Virus record (IMG/VR): IMGVR_UViG_2049941000_000602
DNA length: 55,407 nt
Strand: one strand, 5' to 3'
DNA from: an uncultured virus (IMG/VR IMGVR_UViG_2049941000_000602)
Lineage: Duplodnaviria; Heunggongvirae; Uroviricota; Caudoviricetes
Each line of letters starts with the position of its first letter. Within the stretch, counting starts at the first letter, position 1. The notes under the pieces are model-generated. The model was given only the letters and a program-made list of their open reading frames with translations. It made no database searches and was not told the DNA's origin. Of this stretch, positions 21,315 through 31,063 are shown piece by piece. A program made the translations under genes and the position numbers.

Positions 21315-22873
21315 ATGGCCAATGAACAGAAAGAATACACGATGAGCGTGGAGCTCATCAGGATGTTCCGCCAGGTAGTACCGGAATTCNNNNNNNNNNA
21401 GACCCGGTGGAATACGTCCGCTACCTGGTGTACCTCTACACCGGTTCCACACTGCTCATCAAGGGTCGCCGCGAGGTTCAGGCAATCCGTTCTTCCAACA
21501 GGAGCATGGGCTACGAGGTAGTGTCGGAGCTGACAGATGCCGATATCGACCTGCTTGCCACGGTGTTCTTCCGGTTCAAGCCAATCTTCGTGGCGATGAA
21601 GGGAAGCGAATCCTTTGCGTCATTGCCTAGGAAGACCTTCGAGAAGGTCGCCCACGTAATCAACCGCATCCGCGTCCGTGCGGACAAGCTGAAACGCCCG
21701 TTCGTTGCGGGTGTCCTGGACACCATCTGTGTTCCGGGCGACGACGGCAAGCTGAAGAAAATCGAGGAAGCGCTCAAGGGCGTGACCATGTTCCGCAAGC
21801 TCCGCCTGTACCAGTGCCTCATCGACCGCGAGTTCGCCGGAACCGACGAGAAACCGATGTATACCATCAGGAACGGAAAGATGTTCATCCGCAAGAACTA
21901 CCGCCCGCTGAACGACCTGGAATGGATTAAGCGTGTGAACAGGGTTGTTTCTGACAGCATCTTCGATGTCCTGAGGCAGAAGGCGAAGACACACAAGGTC
22001 AAGCTCCCGGCCAACTGTGTCCTCACGGTTCCCACGTCGGAAAAGAACTTCATCGGCGACTATCCGATGGGGACAACGATTCCGCTGTCCGAGCACAACA
22101 TCGTCGGCGTCTACTGGCGCAACGAATGGGGTACCCGCGACTTCGACCTCTCCATGGTCGACAGCGAAGGAAACGGCGTGTCCTGGCATACCGGCTTCAA
22201 GGATGGCAACTACATGCATTCCGGGGACATGGTCAATGCCGAGCCGGAAGCGTCCGAATGCATCTACTTCCGCGGAAACTCCGGGAATGGCATGGTAATC
22301 AACCTCAACCAGTTCAGCGGTTCCGACCCGAAGTCCAGATACCGTCTCTTCATCGCGAAGCATGATGGCCGTCCGAAATTCGAGATGGGCTATATGGTAG
22401 ACCCGAAGGACATTGTCCTTACCGTCGACGGCAACATTGTTTCCGGGCAGACTGCCCTTGCAGTCATCGACGGCCAGTCAATCATCCTGCTCGGAACCGG
22501 TTCCGGCTCACGCATCGTCACGTTCGCCGATGGCAGTAGCCAGTCCGTCATCGAGACGGTAGCGAAGCGCTACGCGCACAGCATCAAGCTTCCGGCNNNN
22601 NNNNNNTGTCGAGGAACACAGCAACCTCCAGCTGATGTTCGAGCAGGTGCTCCACTACATCACCACGTACGGCACCGGTTTCGCCATGGGGAACGGCTAC
22701 GTCCCCAACGACGGCAAGGACAAGCCGCTGCTGTCCTACGACAAGCTCACCCTGGTCACCGCGGCCACCCCCGGCGACTTCAAGAAGCGCTGCGTCGCCA
22801 TGCTCAAGTCCGGCGTCGCCCTCAAGGGGTCCACGGCTCTAGCCCTCGTAGACTACGTCACCGCCAACGGCGG
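21315..22873 (+). CDS. Large phage protein with TerD-like C-terminal domain (fragments out of order)
   Basis: GVYW..DFDLS..W..HSGDM..A..SE motif; 22607..22873 appears to be a displaced N-terminal part. Confidence 0.55.
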
Positions 22874-23005
22874 NNNNNNNNNNACTGCTTGCACTTGCCG
22901 GGTACGAAGTTGTTCCCGCCGACTACGAAGGCGAGGTCGACCTCGACCTGACCGACATGAAGCGTGATACCCTCATCAATTTCTTGACAGAAGACAAGGA
23001 AGAAA

Positions 23006-24139
23006 ATGGCTAAATACGACGTATTGCTCGTCGGCGCGGGACTGTTCAACGCAGTCCTGGCCGCCCAGTTTGTTGAAAATGGAAAGAAGGTACTTGTAGT
23101 TGACCGTCGCGATAGCGTGGGAGGCAACTGCGCAACCGTATGTTCAGAGGGAATCGAAATCCACAAGTACGGTGCGCACATCTTCCATACCAGCGACTAC
23201 CAGACATGGTATTTCGCCAACCGGTTCGATGATTTCATGCCGTTCGTGAACAGTCCCATTGCGGAATACCGAAAGCACGATAATTGCTTACCGCGAGTAT
23301 TCAACCTACCGTTCAACATGAACACGTTCTCGAAGGTATGGCCCATCAGATGTACTGGACCTGCTAATGCGCGTGTCATTATTGATGAGGAAACCAAGAA
23401 ATTTAAGAAAGAATCCTATGCCAACCTTGAAGAGAAGGCTCTCTCGATGGTAGGCGAGGAATTGTACGAACTCTTCATCAAGCACTATACAGAGAAGCAG
23501 TGGGGTTGCAAGTGTACCGAGCTGAGCCCGGATATTATTTCACGTATCCCGCTGCGTTTCACGTTCGACAACAACTACTTCAATGACATGTGGCAGGGTA
23601 TCCCCAAGCACGGATATAGCCGCTGGATTTACAAGATGTTCACGGGTGCTACCCTGATGCTTGGTGTCGACTACCTCGCCGACAGGAAGAACCTGGACGG
23701 CATGGCCGACCACGTGTTCTATTCCGGTATGCTCGACGAGCTGTTCGACTACCAGCACGGGTGCCTGCCATACCGTAGCCTGGAATTCAAGACTGACCGA
23801 TTGGCAGTTGATAATTTCCAGGGAGTCGCTGTAGTCAACCATACCGGCCCATACCCGGAATACACCAGGACAATCGAGCACAAGCATTTCGCTCCCTGGA
23901 ACAAGGATGCCATCGAAGCTGACTATACCTTTGTCACCAACGAATATCCCAGGAAGTTCGAGAAGGGCGGCGAGGCATACTACCCTGTGCGCAACGCGGA
24001 AAGCCTTGCCCAGTGGAACGCATACCTGGACATGCTTCCTAAGAACATGACGGCCACCGGCCGCCTCGGCAGGTTCGAGTACAACGACATGGACGACACC
24101 ATCATGAAGGCCCTCGAAGTGGCCAGGAACTTCCAATGA
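23006..24139 (+). CDS. glf: UDP-galactopyranose mutase
   Basis: VGAGL, GGNC, HKYGAHIFHT, YTEKQWG, DNNYFND..QGIP, LPYRSL, TRTIEHKHF, YYP and GRLGRFEY.DMD. Confidence 0.96.
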   Translation: MAKYDVLLVGAGLFNAVLAAQFVENGKKVLVVDRRDSVGGNCATVCSEGIEIHKYGAHIFHTSDYQTWYFANRFDDFMPFVNSPIAEYRKHDNCLPRVFNLPFNMNTFSKVWPIRCTGPANARVIIDEETKKFKKESYANLEEKALSMVGEELYELFIKHYTEKQWGCKCTELSPDIISRIPLRFTFDNNYFNDMWQGIPKHGYSRWIYKMFTGATLMLGVDYLADRKNLDGMADHVFYSGMLDELFDYQHGCLPYRSLEFKTDRLAVDNFQGVAVVNHTGPYPEYTRTIEHKHFAPWNKDAIEADYTFVTNEYPRKFEKGGEAYYPVRNAESLAQWNAYLDMLPKNMTATGRLGRFEYNDMDDTIMKALEVARNFQ

Positions 24140-24342
24140 GTTTTTCGATTAAGATAGACATCCCGGACGAGTTCCTGGAGCACTGGACGGACGACCGGTT
24201 CAAGGATTCCCTGGAGAGGATTTCCGGGGACATTATGTGGAACCTGGGGCAGTCACACGCTGGGCTATCCGGGAGGATGGAGGCCGAGCTGGCCGACATG
24301 CTGAAGGACGCGTTCGATAACGCCGAGGTCATAGATGGATAA
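24136..24342 (+). CDS. Hypothetical protein
   Basis: ATGA overlap; intact ORF. Confidence 0.65.
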   Translation: MSFSIKIDIPDEFLEHWTDDRFKDSLERISGDIMWNLGQSHAGLSGRMEAELADMLKDAFDNAEVIDG

Positions 24343-25387
24343 GAAGTACAAGCTCATACACCGCAAGGAGAACGGCAGGACCGTAACCAGAATAAGGGCG
24401 CTGCGAGATGGCGAGCACTTTATGAAGGGAGAGGTCGGCGGTATCGTGGATGCTGAGTCAATTCTCAATCAATACGACGAATCCTGGGTCGACTTCGAGT
24501 CTACTTTGCGGGGCACGACTGTTTCCGGGAACGTGTATATCGGCAAGAAGTCCACGCTTGAAAATTCCGAACTCGTTAATGTTACCGGTCTGATACAGGA
24601 TACCTACTTGTCAGACGCCTCACTATATGGTGCAAAGGTAGATATTAGCGGCTCATACATCAAGGCGCTTTCCGGCACTAGTCCGTTGAGCTTGACCGCG
24701 GTCAAAGCAATCCTAGCGTGCGGTTCGACTATGTCCGGCAAGGTATTGCTGGACGATGTTAACATGGAAACATTCCCGGATGCCAACCTTCCTGTCCAAC
24801 TCTCCGACGTAACTATACAGCATTCGGTATTTCAGTCACCGGCGACCGTAACGGATACTTTCATCCACAGGAGCAATTTTAACGGGCTGATGCGCATTGC
24901 CAACTCGATGATAACCAATTCCACCATTGAGTCTACCGGCGGAAACACCCCGGCCGTATCGGCACCGGTAATCCAGTGCTTGCATCTCGTTGGCTCAAAG
25001 GCAATGATATCCGACGGGCGCAACGTAAGCCTTTCCACGGGCATCTGCATCAACGATGTCGACTGCACTGACCTGGCAAATGTCATGATGACGGTTACAG
25101 GTACCTTCACCGTGGTAAGAATCCCGGAAAATCGCTGGTGCATCCAGCTTCCAGCGGGTAGCAAGCTGGAGAACACGGAGTTCGATACGGTTCGCTCCAT
25201 GTCGTCATCGGACCTGTATGGCATGCTGGAGGCCGCCAAGGGAGACCAGCTGGGCGAGGCTCTGGAACTCGTCAGGATATGCATCCCGATGACGCAGAAC
25301 GAGCCTAGCGATAAAATACGCAAGAAGCTGAAGAAAATACGCAGAAAACTTCTTGCCCGCTGGATACTGAGGCATATCGGCCTATAA
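24335..25387 (+). CDS. Phage beta-helix repeat protein
   Basis: KKYKL..RIRALRD..KGEVGG..L.Q...WV N-terminus followed by beta-solenoid-like repeats. Confidence 0.7.
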   Translation: MDKKYKLIHRKENGRTVTRIRALRDGEHFMKGEVGGIVDAESILNQYDESWVDFESTLRGTTVSGNVYIGKKSTLENSELVNVTGLIQDTYLSDASLYGAKVDISGSYIKALSGTSPLSLTAVKAILACGSTMSGKVLLDDVNMETFPDANLPVQLSDVTIQHSVFQSPATVTDTFIHRSNFNGLMRIANSMITNSTIESTGGNTPAVSAPVIQCLHLVGSKAMISDGRNVSLSTGICINDVDCTDLANVMMTVTGTFTVVRIPENRWCIQLPAGSKLENTEFDTVRSMSSSDLYGMLEAAKGDQLGEALELVRICIPMTQNEPSDKIRKKLKKIRRKLLARWILRHIGL

Positions 25388-25392
25388 CCCTT

Positions 25393-25404
25393 TTGCTATA
25401 TTTG
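25393..25404 (+). promoter_or_regulatory. TTGCTATATTTG promoter-like motif
   Basis: 9 nt before ATG 25414. Confidence 0.75.
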
Positions 25405-25413
25405 GAGAAAACT

Positions 25414-25692
25414 ATGAGTATTCATATGCAACATCAGACCGTGGTAGTCGACCCTAGACGCCAGCAGACGTTCACGGTCATGTTCAGCACGCTCGGCATG
25501 TCGTTCTGTGCCGGGCAGTACAAGGCGTCAAGCATCGACACCGGAAAGCACAACGCGACGAACCTCCTGCAGAATCGACGTGTCGCCAAGCTTGAAAGTG
25601 CCGAAATCAGGGATTCCGAAGGCAAGGTCGTCGCGGTCCTCCGCACGAACCTATATCCGAAGGAAATCGAATGGATTACCATAAGGGGGTAA
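25414..25692 (+). CDS. Hypothetical protein
   Basis: ORF after the promoter motif. Confidence 0.65.
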   Translation: MSIHMQHQTVVVDPRRQQTFTVMFSTLGMSFCAGQYKASSIDTGKHNATNLLQNRRVAKLESAEIRDSEGKVVAVLRTNLYPKEIEWITIRG

Positions 25693-25696
25693 TGCG

Positions 25697-26047
25697 ATGA
25701 TATTGAACCATGAATATCTTGGTGGGCTGCTTTGCTTAGACCGGCTCCTGGTAAAATCTGGTAATGACCGGCCGGACAGCGAGTTCTACTCTTACGTCTT
25801 TACGCATACCACCGAGTTTGCCGAAACCGGCACACATGTCCTTGTCCATCATGCAAAGCGTAACCAGGAAGGCACCGGGATAGACAAGGAATACCAGTAT
25901 GTCCTGACCGTATCCGACATGGATGGGTCCAATATGCGTTATGTAGGTGCAAAGAGCCTGTCCGCAAACCATTACAGGTACATTGGTGACAATGTATTTG
26001 TCGTTGCCGATGAAAAGACTTGGATAAACGAAGGCTACGATGGGTGA
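25697..26047 (+). CDS. Hypothetical protein
   Basis: Purine-rich RBS; intact ORF. Confidence 0.65.
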   Translation: MILNHEYLGGLLCLDRLLVKSGNDRPDSEFYSYVFTHTTEFAETGTHVLVHHAKRNQEGTGIDKEYQYVLTVSDMDGSNMRYVGAKSLSANHYRYIGDNVFVVADEKTWINEGYDG

Positions 26048-26199
26048 CGCAATAATGAGTGTCGATTCTACATACTACATTCAAATCAAGAACGATTCCG
26101 GCGAGTACGAGGACCTCGGCGTCATGACAGCCAGGGAGGCACTCCAGTATTCCTGGAACCATGAGCACAGGGCCATCAAGATGGTAAAGGTAGGGCCAA

Positions 26200-26730
26200 A
26201 TGGCAAGTAAGAAGACAAAGCAGAAAGAAAAGAAGTCACCCAAGAGTACGGCCAAGACGACCCCGGCGAAAATCCCGGTGNNNNNNNNNNNNNNNNNNNN
26301 NNNNNNNNNNNNNNNNNNNNNNNNNNNNNNNNNNNNNNNNNNNNNNNNNNNNNNNNNTCGAGCCGAAGCACGTGGAGACCGACTGGAACGCCTGGCACAA
26401 GCCGATGATGGAGTGCATCAGGGCGGTGAACATGAACGAGATTCTCTATCTCGCCGAGAAGCACCGGATTTGCTACAACGGACTGGAACGCGCGCGGCTC
26501 ACCGCGTCGTCGCTCCTGACCGACATCATCAGCATATGCGAGAAGCTGGTGGAGCTCCACCTCAACAACTGGCGGTTCCATGACGACCGGCCGATGGAGG
26601 ACGTGAACATATTCCGCGACGACGCTGGCACGCTGGTCGCCGAGCTGGACTTCGCCAGCTACGAGGAAGTTCCCGACAGCGTCATGCTGGACCCCCGCCT
26701 GGAAATCATGCTGTACACCACCGGCGATGA
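26200..26730 (+). CDS. Hypothetical protein with Lys-rich N-terminus (gap-broken)
   Basis: MASKKTKQKEKK start; continues after the gap as the 26372 ORF. Confidence 0.5.
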
Positions 26731-26776
26731 NNNNNNNNNNTTTCGTTCCAGCTGGCATCTCAAACTTTCTAGCAAA

Positions 26777-26788
26777 TTGCTATATTTG
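26777..26788 (+). promoter_or_regulatory. TTGCTATATTTG promoter-like motif
   Basis: Upstream of the peptide/AAA pair. Confidence 0.75.
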
Positions 26789-26818
26789 TAAAAAAACTCA
26801 TCCAACGAGGAAAATCAA

Positions 26819-26986
26819 ATGAAAATCAAGTTTCCCAAATTCAAGTTCAAGAAGCCCACTCTCCCCAAGCTGACCGTCGACACCGTGCTCAAGTATGCGC
26901 AGTACGGCACGTACGCGTTCATCGTCATCCGTATCCTTGTCTACATCGGCCAGCAGCTCGCCAAGCTCCGCTTCAAGGCAAAGTAG
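26819..26986 (+). CDS. 55-aa cationic membrane peptide (not in the ORF track)
   Basis: GAGGA RBS; MKIKFPKFKFKKPTLPKLTVDTVLKYAQYGTYAFIVIRILVYIGQQLAKLRFKAK. Confidence 0.7.
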   Translation: MKIKFPKFKFKKPTLPKLTVDTVLKYAQYGTYAFIVIRILVYIGQQLAKLRFKAK

Positions 26987-26990
26987 GGTC

Positions 26991-28895
26991 ATGGACAATA
27001 CAAAGTCATCACAGTGGAGCCAGGGGAAGGTGCCTGAACCGGTACCGCCTCCGGCCATGCCACCGTTCCCGATGGACACCGAGCTGAATCTCCCGGCGAA
27101 TGCATCCTCGCCGGCCTTCATACCCACGTTCATGAAGGCAATCGAGGCAATCTCCAACGCCATCCCGTCAATCCTCATCGAGGCGAAGAACAGCACGTTC
27201 GTGGACAACGTCCTGAAGAACAAGCAGCTCAGGAACAACATGTTCCAGCTTGCGCTCATGCTGTCCTCGTCCGCCGCCGAGCTGATAGACCGCAAGACAA
27301 GCCCGAGGGCGTACAATGCGGTCAAGTTCGTCCGCAACGTGCTCGCCCTTGAGAAGCTCCGCCAGCAGGTCGTCGACAAGTTCGTCGTCCGCGGAGGCTC
27401 CAACATGGACGACTGGGACGTCATCAGGACATCCGTAGTCCGTGTATCCTCCGGGGTTCTCGGCAAGGACGTAATCAAATATGTCCCCCCGGGACTTACC
27501 GAAGCGAACACATTCATCACGGCCCTCGGCTGCAGCGTGGCGAACCCGAACACGTACTACGCCATGTACAAGTGCGACGCGGACCACGCCAAGATAGAGC
27601 TCAACGTGACGTCGAACAGGTTCGGCTTCATGGAAGGGTGGTATACCGGGTCCAGGAGAAAGTACACGGTCGAGTCCCTATTCAGGTACGGGCCGGACAT
27701 GCAGCTGGTTACCGAGGGCAACGGGTCGATAAGGTTCATCCTGGCCAAGGCATCCAGTACGTTCTTCTGGCTGCAGGTGTTCAAGTTCACCAGCCACCGC
27801 AAGGACGTCATCAATGGCGACAGCGAGGAACCGTTCTACGCCATCATGTATACGCCCTGTTACAGCCCGAAGGAGAACACCGAAACCGTCGAGGTAAACA
27901 ACACCAACTTCCTGCAGCTCGTTGTGATAGGCAAGAAGACCGGTGTTGTCGACGTGTCGTCGCTCGACTCGTTCATCGAGCGCAGGCGTTCTATCGCGAG
28001 CGTAATCGTGCAGTCCTTCCTCAAGAAGATGAAGTTTAGCATGTTCAACCCGGAAACCACGGTAATCGCCATGTCGAACATATTCGGGGCAGAGGACTCC
28101 AACAACACCAACTTCTTCGCCAGGATAACCACGTATTCCGGCAAGGACGCGGTACATGTCCTCCCGGAGTACGACACCATACGCGACGCTCTCGGCAAGT
28201 GCCTCGACATGGGCAAGAGCCGCGGGTACGCGTTCGTCGGTGCACCTGGCACCGGCAAGACCATCATGATGAACCAGCTCATCAACGAGTTCCCGGAAAA
28301 CCCGGTGGTGAAGTTCAGCATGCAGGGCTTCGACAGCACCGGTCCCAACCGGTCAGAACTGCTGTCGTCCATCCTGGACGTGGTGCAGTCCCTGTCCGAC
28401 GCCGGGTTCTCCAAGGTATTCCTGTGCTGCGACGACATCGACTCGGTGGACATGTCCACCAAGAACGTGTCGGTCGAGAACCTGATAAGCCTGCTAGACG
28501 GCCTCCACACCCGGCTGCAGGATTCGGCGTCCATCGTGTTCATGTGCACCGTGAACGACCCGACCAAGATGCACTCGACCATCATCAAGCGCGGCAAGCG
28601 CATCGACGAGGTCATCGAGGTGCCGTGTCCTGACGCGGACACAATCCGCAGGCTAATCAACTCGCTCAAGGACAAGGAAGACCCTACCGACTATACGGTA
28701 CCGCAGTTCTCCTCGGCAATCGAGAGGATGGCGAACGACAGGTTCAGCCTGGCCGACCTCTCGACCATGATGACGAACCTGCAGATTTACGGCGAGCCGG
28801 ACGAATCCGGGAAGTTCACCCCGGAAACCCTGGACACCGCGATAGGCAGAATCGAGCTCAGCAAGGCGAACGCGGCCAAGACCTACGAAGTGTAG
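26991..28895 (+). CDS. AAA+ ATPase with long N-terminal domain
   Basis: Walker A GAPGTGKT, Walker B VFLCCDDID, sensor TVND, Arg finger KRGKRID. Confidence 0.88.
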   Translation: MDNTKSSQWSQGKVPEPVPPPAMPPFPMDTELNLPANASSPAFIPTFMKAIEAISNAIPSILIEAKNSTFVDNVLKNKQLRNNMFQLALMLSSSAAELIDRKTSPRAYNAVKFVRNVLALEKLRQQVVDKFVVRGGSNMDDWDVIRTSVVRVSSGVLGKDVIKYVPPGLTEANTFITALGCSVANPNTYYAMYKCDADHAKIELNVTSNRFGFMEGWYTGSRRKYTVESLFRYGPDMQLVTEGNGSIRFILAKASSTFFWLQVFKFTSHRKDVINGDSEEPFYAIMYTPCYSPKENTETVEVNNTNFLQLVVIGKKTGVVDVSSLDSFIERRRSIASVIVQSFLKKMKFSMFNPETTVIAMSNIFGAEDSNNTNFFARITTYSGKDAVHVLPEYDTIRDALGKCLDMGKSRGYAFVGAPGTGKTIMMNQLINEFPENPVVKFSMQGFDSTGPNRSELLSSILDVVQSLSDAGFSKVFLCCDDIDSVDMSTKNVSVENLISLLDGLHTRLQDSASIVFMCTVNDPTKMHSTIIKRGKRIDEVIEVPCPDADTIRRLINSLKDKEDPTDYTVPQFSSAIERMANDRFSLADLSTMMTNLQIYGEPDESGKFTPETLDTAIGRIELSKANAAKTYEV

Positions 28896-28902
28896 ATAAA
28901 CT

Positions 28903-28975
28903 AATCCACCGGAGGCACCCGGTGGATTTCTGCGTACTATACATAGAAGGAACCGGCAAGACCGGTTCCTTTGTT
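28903..28975. terminator. Two 10-bp hairpins between convergent genes
   Basis: AATCCACCGG/CCGGTGGATT (28903..28928) and AAGGAACCGG/CCGGTTCCTT (28947..28971), then a T-rich tail. Confidence 0.65.
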
Positions 28976-29054
28976 GTTTCCTGGAAGGATTACGACATCC
29001 CGGCGATTTCCCGGGAAGCCCGGATGCAGCGTCCGGGAATCGACGTACGGTGCA

Positions 29055-29525
29055 TTATTCCCAGGACACAGTCACCGTTGATTCAGTGAAGCGCTTGGTT
29101 TCCTCGACCATGCGGCGCGTCTGGGCGTCCATGTTGATGTCGAGCGTGGACGGGAGGTCGAGTTCCTCGTAGGTAACCTTGAAGCCTTCGTCTTCCATCA
29201 GCTTGTAGGATTCCTTCTGTGCCTTGTAGAGCGTCTCGACGTAATCATCCGGGTCGACTCCTGGCGGAACCTTGATTGCCTGCTTGTTCGCCTTGAAGAA
29301 TTCAAGCGTCATAATCCGGTCCTTGAACTCCGTGATGCCTTCCTCCGCCATCTCCTCGGCCTTCTTCAGGTTCTGGTAGGCGTAGCGTTGCGCCATGGTC
29401 CTGGCCCTTGCCGTCTCGGCAATCTTCCGGAGCCTGTCGGCCTGCTTGAATTCGGCCATCTGTAAAATGTTGACACCCTTGGGCGTATCTTCGGTTCTGT
29501 TTGAAGCGATTGACGTTGTATCCAT
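29055..29525 (-). CDS. Hypothetical protein
   Basis: GAGGA RBS; TTGCTATATTTT motif at 29558..29569 on the minus strand. Confidence 0.7.
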   Translation of the reverse strand: MDTTSIASNRTEDTPKGVNILQMAEFKQADRLRKIAETARARTMAQRYAYQNLKKAEEMAEEGITEFKDRIMTLEFFKANKQAIKVPPGVDPDDYVETLYKAQKESYKLMEDEGFKVTYEELDLPSTLDINMDAQTRRMVEETKRFTESTVTVSWE

Positions 29526-29545
29526 AATTTCCTCTCGTCTGATAG

Positions 29546-29569
29546 ATAAACTATAGCAAAATATAGCAA
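29546..29569. promoter_or_regulatory. Adjacent, oppositely oriented promoter-like motifs (ATAAACT on +, TTGCTATATTT on -) between divergent genes
   Basis: Both motif classes lie in a 55-bp intergenic region. Confidence 0.6.
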
Positions 29570-29580
29570 GGATATCTACC

Positions 29581-29784
29581 ATGCCGAACATCACGAACAG
29601 GGTTTTGACCACTCCGGGGCAGCAGCTCTCCGCCGAGCAGAAGCGGAACGCCAGGGTCAACATCAACGCCATGGAGAAGGCCCCGCTCCCTTCCGGGGAT
29701 GACAAGGAATACGTCATGTGCGCCAGGGACGGCAAGGACATGTGGATTGAGCTGGAGCTCGCGGACGACCCTACCGAGACTTGA
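29581..29784 (+). CDS. Small protein with a tail-fibre-type QxLxxxQKxxARxNI motif
   Basis: QQLSAEQKRNARVNI; lies downstream of ATAAACT. Confidence 0.55.
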   Translation: MPNITNRVLTTPGQQLSAEQKRNARVNINAMEKAPLPSGDDKEYVMCARDGKDMWIELELADDPTET

Positions 29785-29853
29785 CGGGATTCCTGAATAA
29801 TTTATATTTAAGGCACGGCTAATCCGCGCCTTTCATTTTTAAAGGAGAAACTT

Positions 29854-30129
29854 ATGACAAAAGAAGAAATAGCCACCCGTGAAGCCAACCTCCGCAAGGC
29901 ATACGAAGCGGCCAATGCCGCGGAAAACGCATACCGCGTAGCGAAGGCAAACAAGTTCCTTCAGCTTTCCTGCCCGACCGACGGCTCGAAGAAACCGACC
30001 GAAGCTGTCATCCTGGCGACAATCGATGCAGACCAGACCATTACGACACTCAGGATGACAAACCAGGCTGCACAGGCTGAACTCGACGTCCAGAAGATGG
30101 TGTTCAAGGCACTGTCGACGGCAAACTAA
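29854..30129 (+). CDS. Helical protein, possibly UvsY-like recombination mediator
   Basis: AAGGAG RBS; helix-KPTEAVILATIDAD-helix pattern; function tentative. Confidence 0.4.
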   Translation: MTKEEIATREANLRKAYEAANAAENAYRVAKANKFLQLSCPTDGSKKPTEAVILATIDADQTITTLRMTNQAAQAELDVQKMVFKALSTAN

Positions 30130-30140
30130 GTAGGACAAAA

Positions 30141-30958
30141 ATGGTAAATTCGGAATCGTCCGTATTCGGCTACCTGATGCCTGACTGGGCACCCAGCCAG
30201 CTGGTGACGCTGTATTCTGCGTTCGTCTCGGCGGACCCGTCCGGTATAGTGGTTCCACTGGTTGCACGCCAGCACTGCCTGGAATCCGCCGTGCACAACG
30301 TGCGCACCGGGCTCATACACGGCCTGTTCGTGGACCGGTCCCTGTGCATGACCATCTCGGACCTCGTGGACGCAGTCACGAAGGAAGCCCATATTTCCGG
30401 GGTCATAGACACGATATACACCGACAGGAAGACCGGCTCGCTGGTTGGCGACTGCGCCGCGGTGAAGGCCGTGTCCGCGCTTACGGAACACCTGGCGGAA
30501 TCAATCGCCGACCCGCTAGTGCTCATGTACAGGGACGACTGGGAAACCAGGGTCGCCATGACGGCGCTGTCCGGGAAGGTCACCATGATGGAGATAGTAG
30601 CCCCGGAAACCGAGGAACTCGACGCGATTCCCACCGGGTGCGTCGTGGAGTATGCCGGGCACGACGACAAGTTCAGTACAGAGCCGTACGACCTGGTGGT
30701 CAACCCTCCCNNNNNNNNNNNNNNNNNNNNNNNNNNNNNNNNNNNNNNNNNNNNNNNNNNNNNNNNNNNNNNNCGGCCGAGGACCAGCACGTACTCCATA
30801 TGTCGGACGGCAACAACGTCAGGTTCATGGCGGACGGCAAGGCAGTCCGGTTCGAGGCCATGCGTGCGGCGTATTCCGTCGGGATGTTCCGGGGACTCCC
30901 GGAGAAGCTCTGCAGGGAAGCCGCGGAACGCTACGAAAAAAATCTGCACACAGTATAA
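30141..30958 (+). CDS. Degenerate shikimate dehydrogenase (AroE)-like protein
   Basis: Motif order and length match AroE but the catalytic residues are replaced; one gap. Confidence 0.6.
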
Positions 30959-30969
30959 ACAAGTGTATC

Positions 30970-31032
30970 AGAACGGACACGCCTCTGCCCTGCGTCTTAA
31001 CGAGGGTACGCGCACCAGGCCCGTTCTTTTTT
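30970..31032 (+). other. Long bulged hairpin plus U-tract: terminator or small RNA
   Basis: AGAACGG/CCGTTCT, GCCT/AGGC and TGCCCT/AGGGTA helices; preceded by TATAAAC. Confidence 0.5.
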
Positions 31033-31048
31033 GTATCCGGGCAAACCC

Positions 31049-31056
31049 GATAAACT
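31049..31056 (+). promoter_or_regulatory. GATAAACT late-type motif, 7 nt before ATG 31064
   Basis: Conserved spacing, no SD. Confidence 0.65.
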
Positions 31057-31063
31057 CCCGGAT

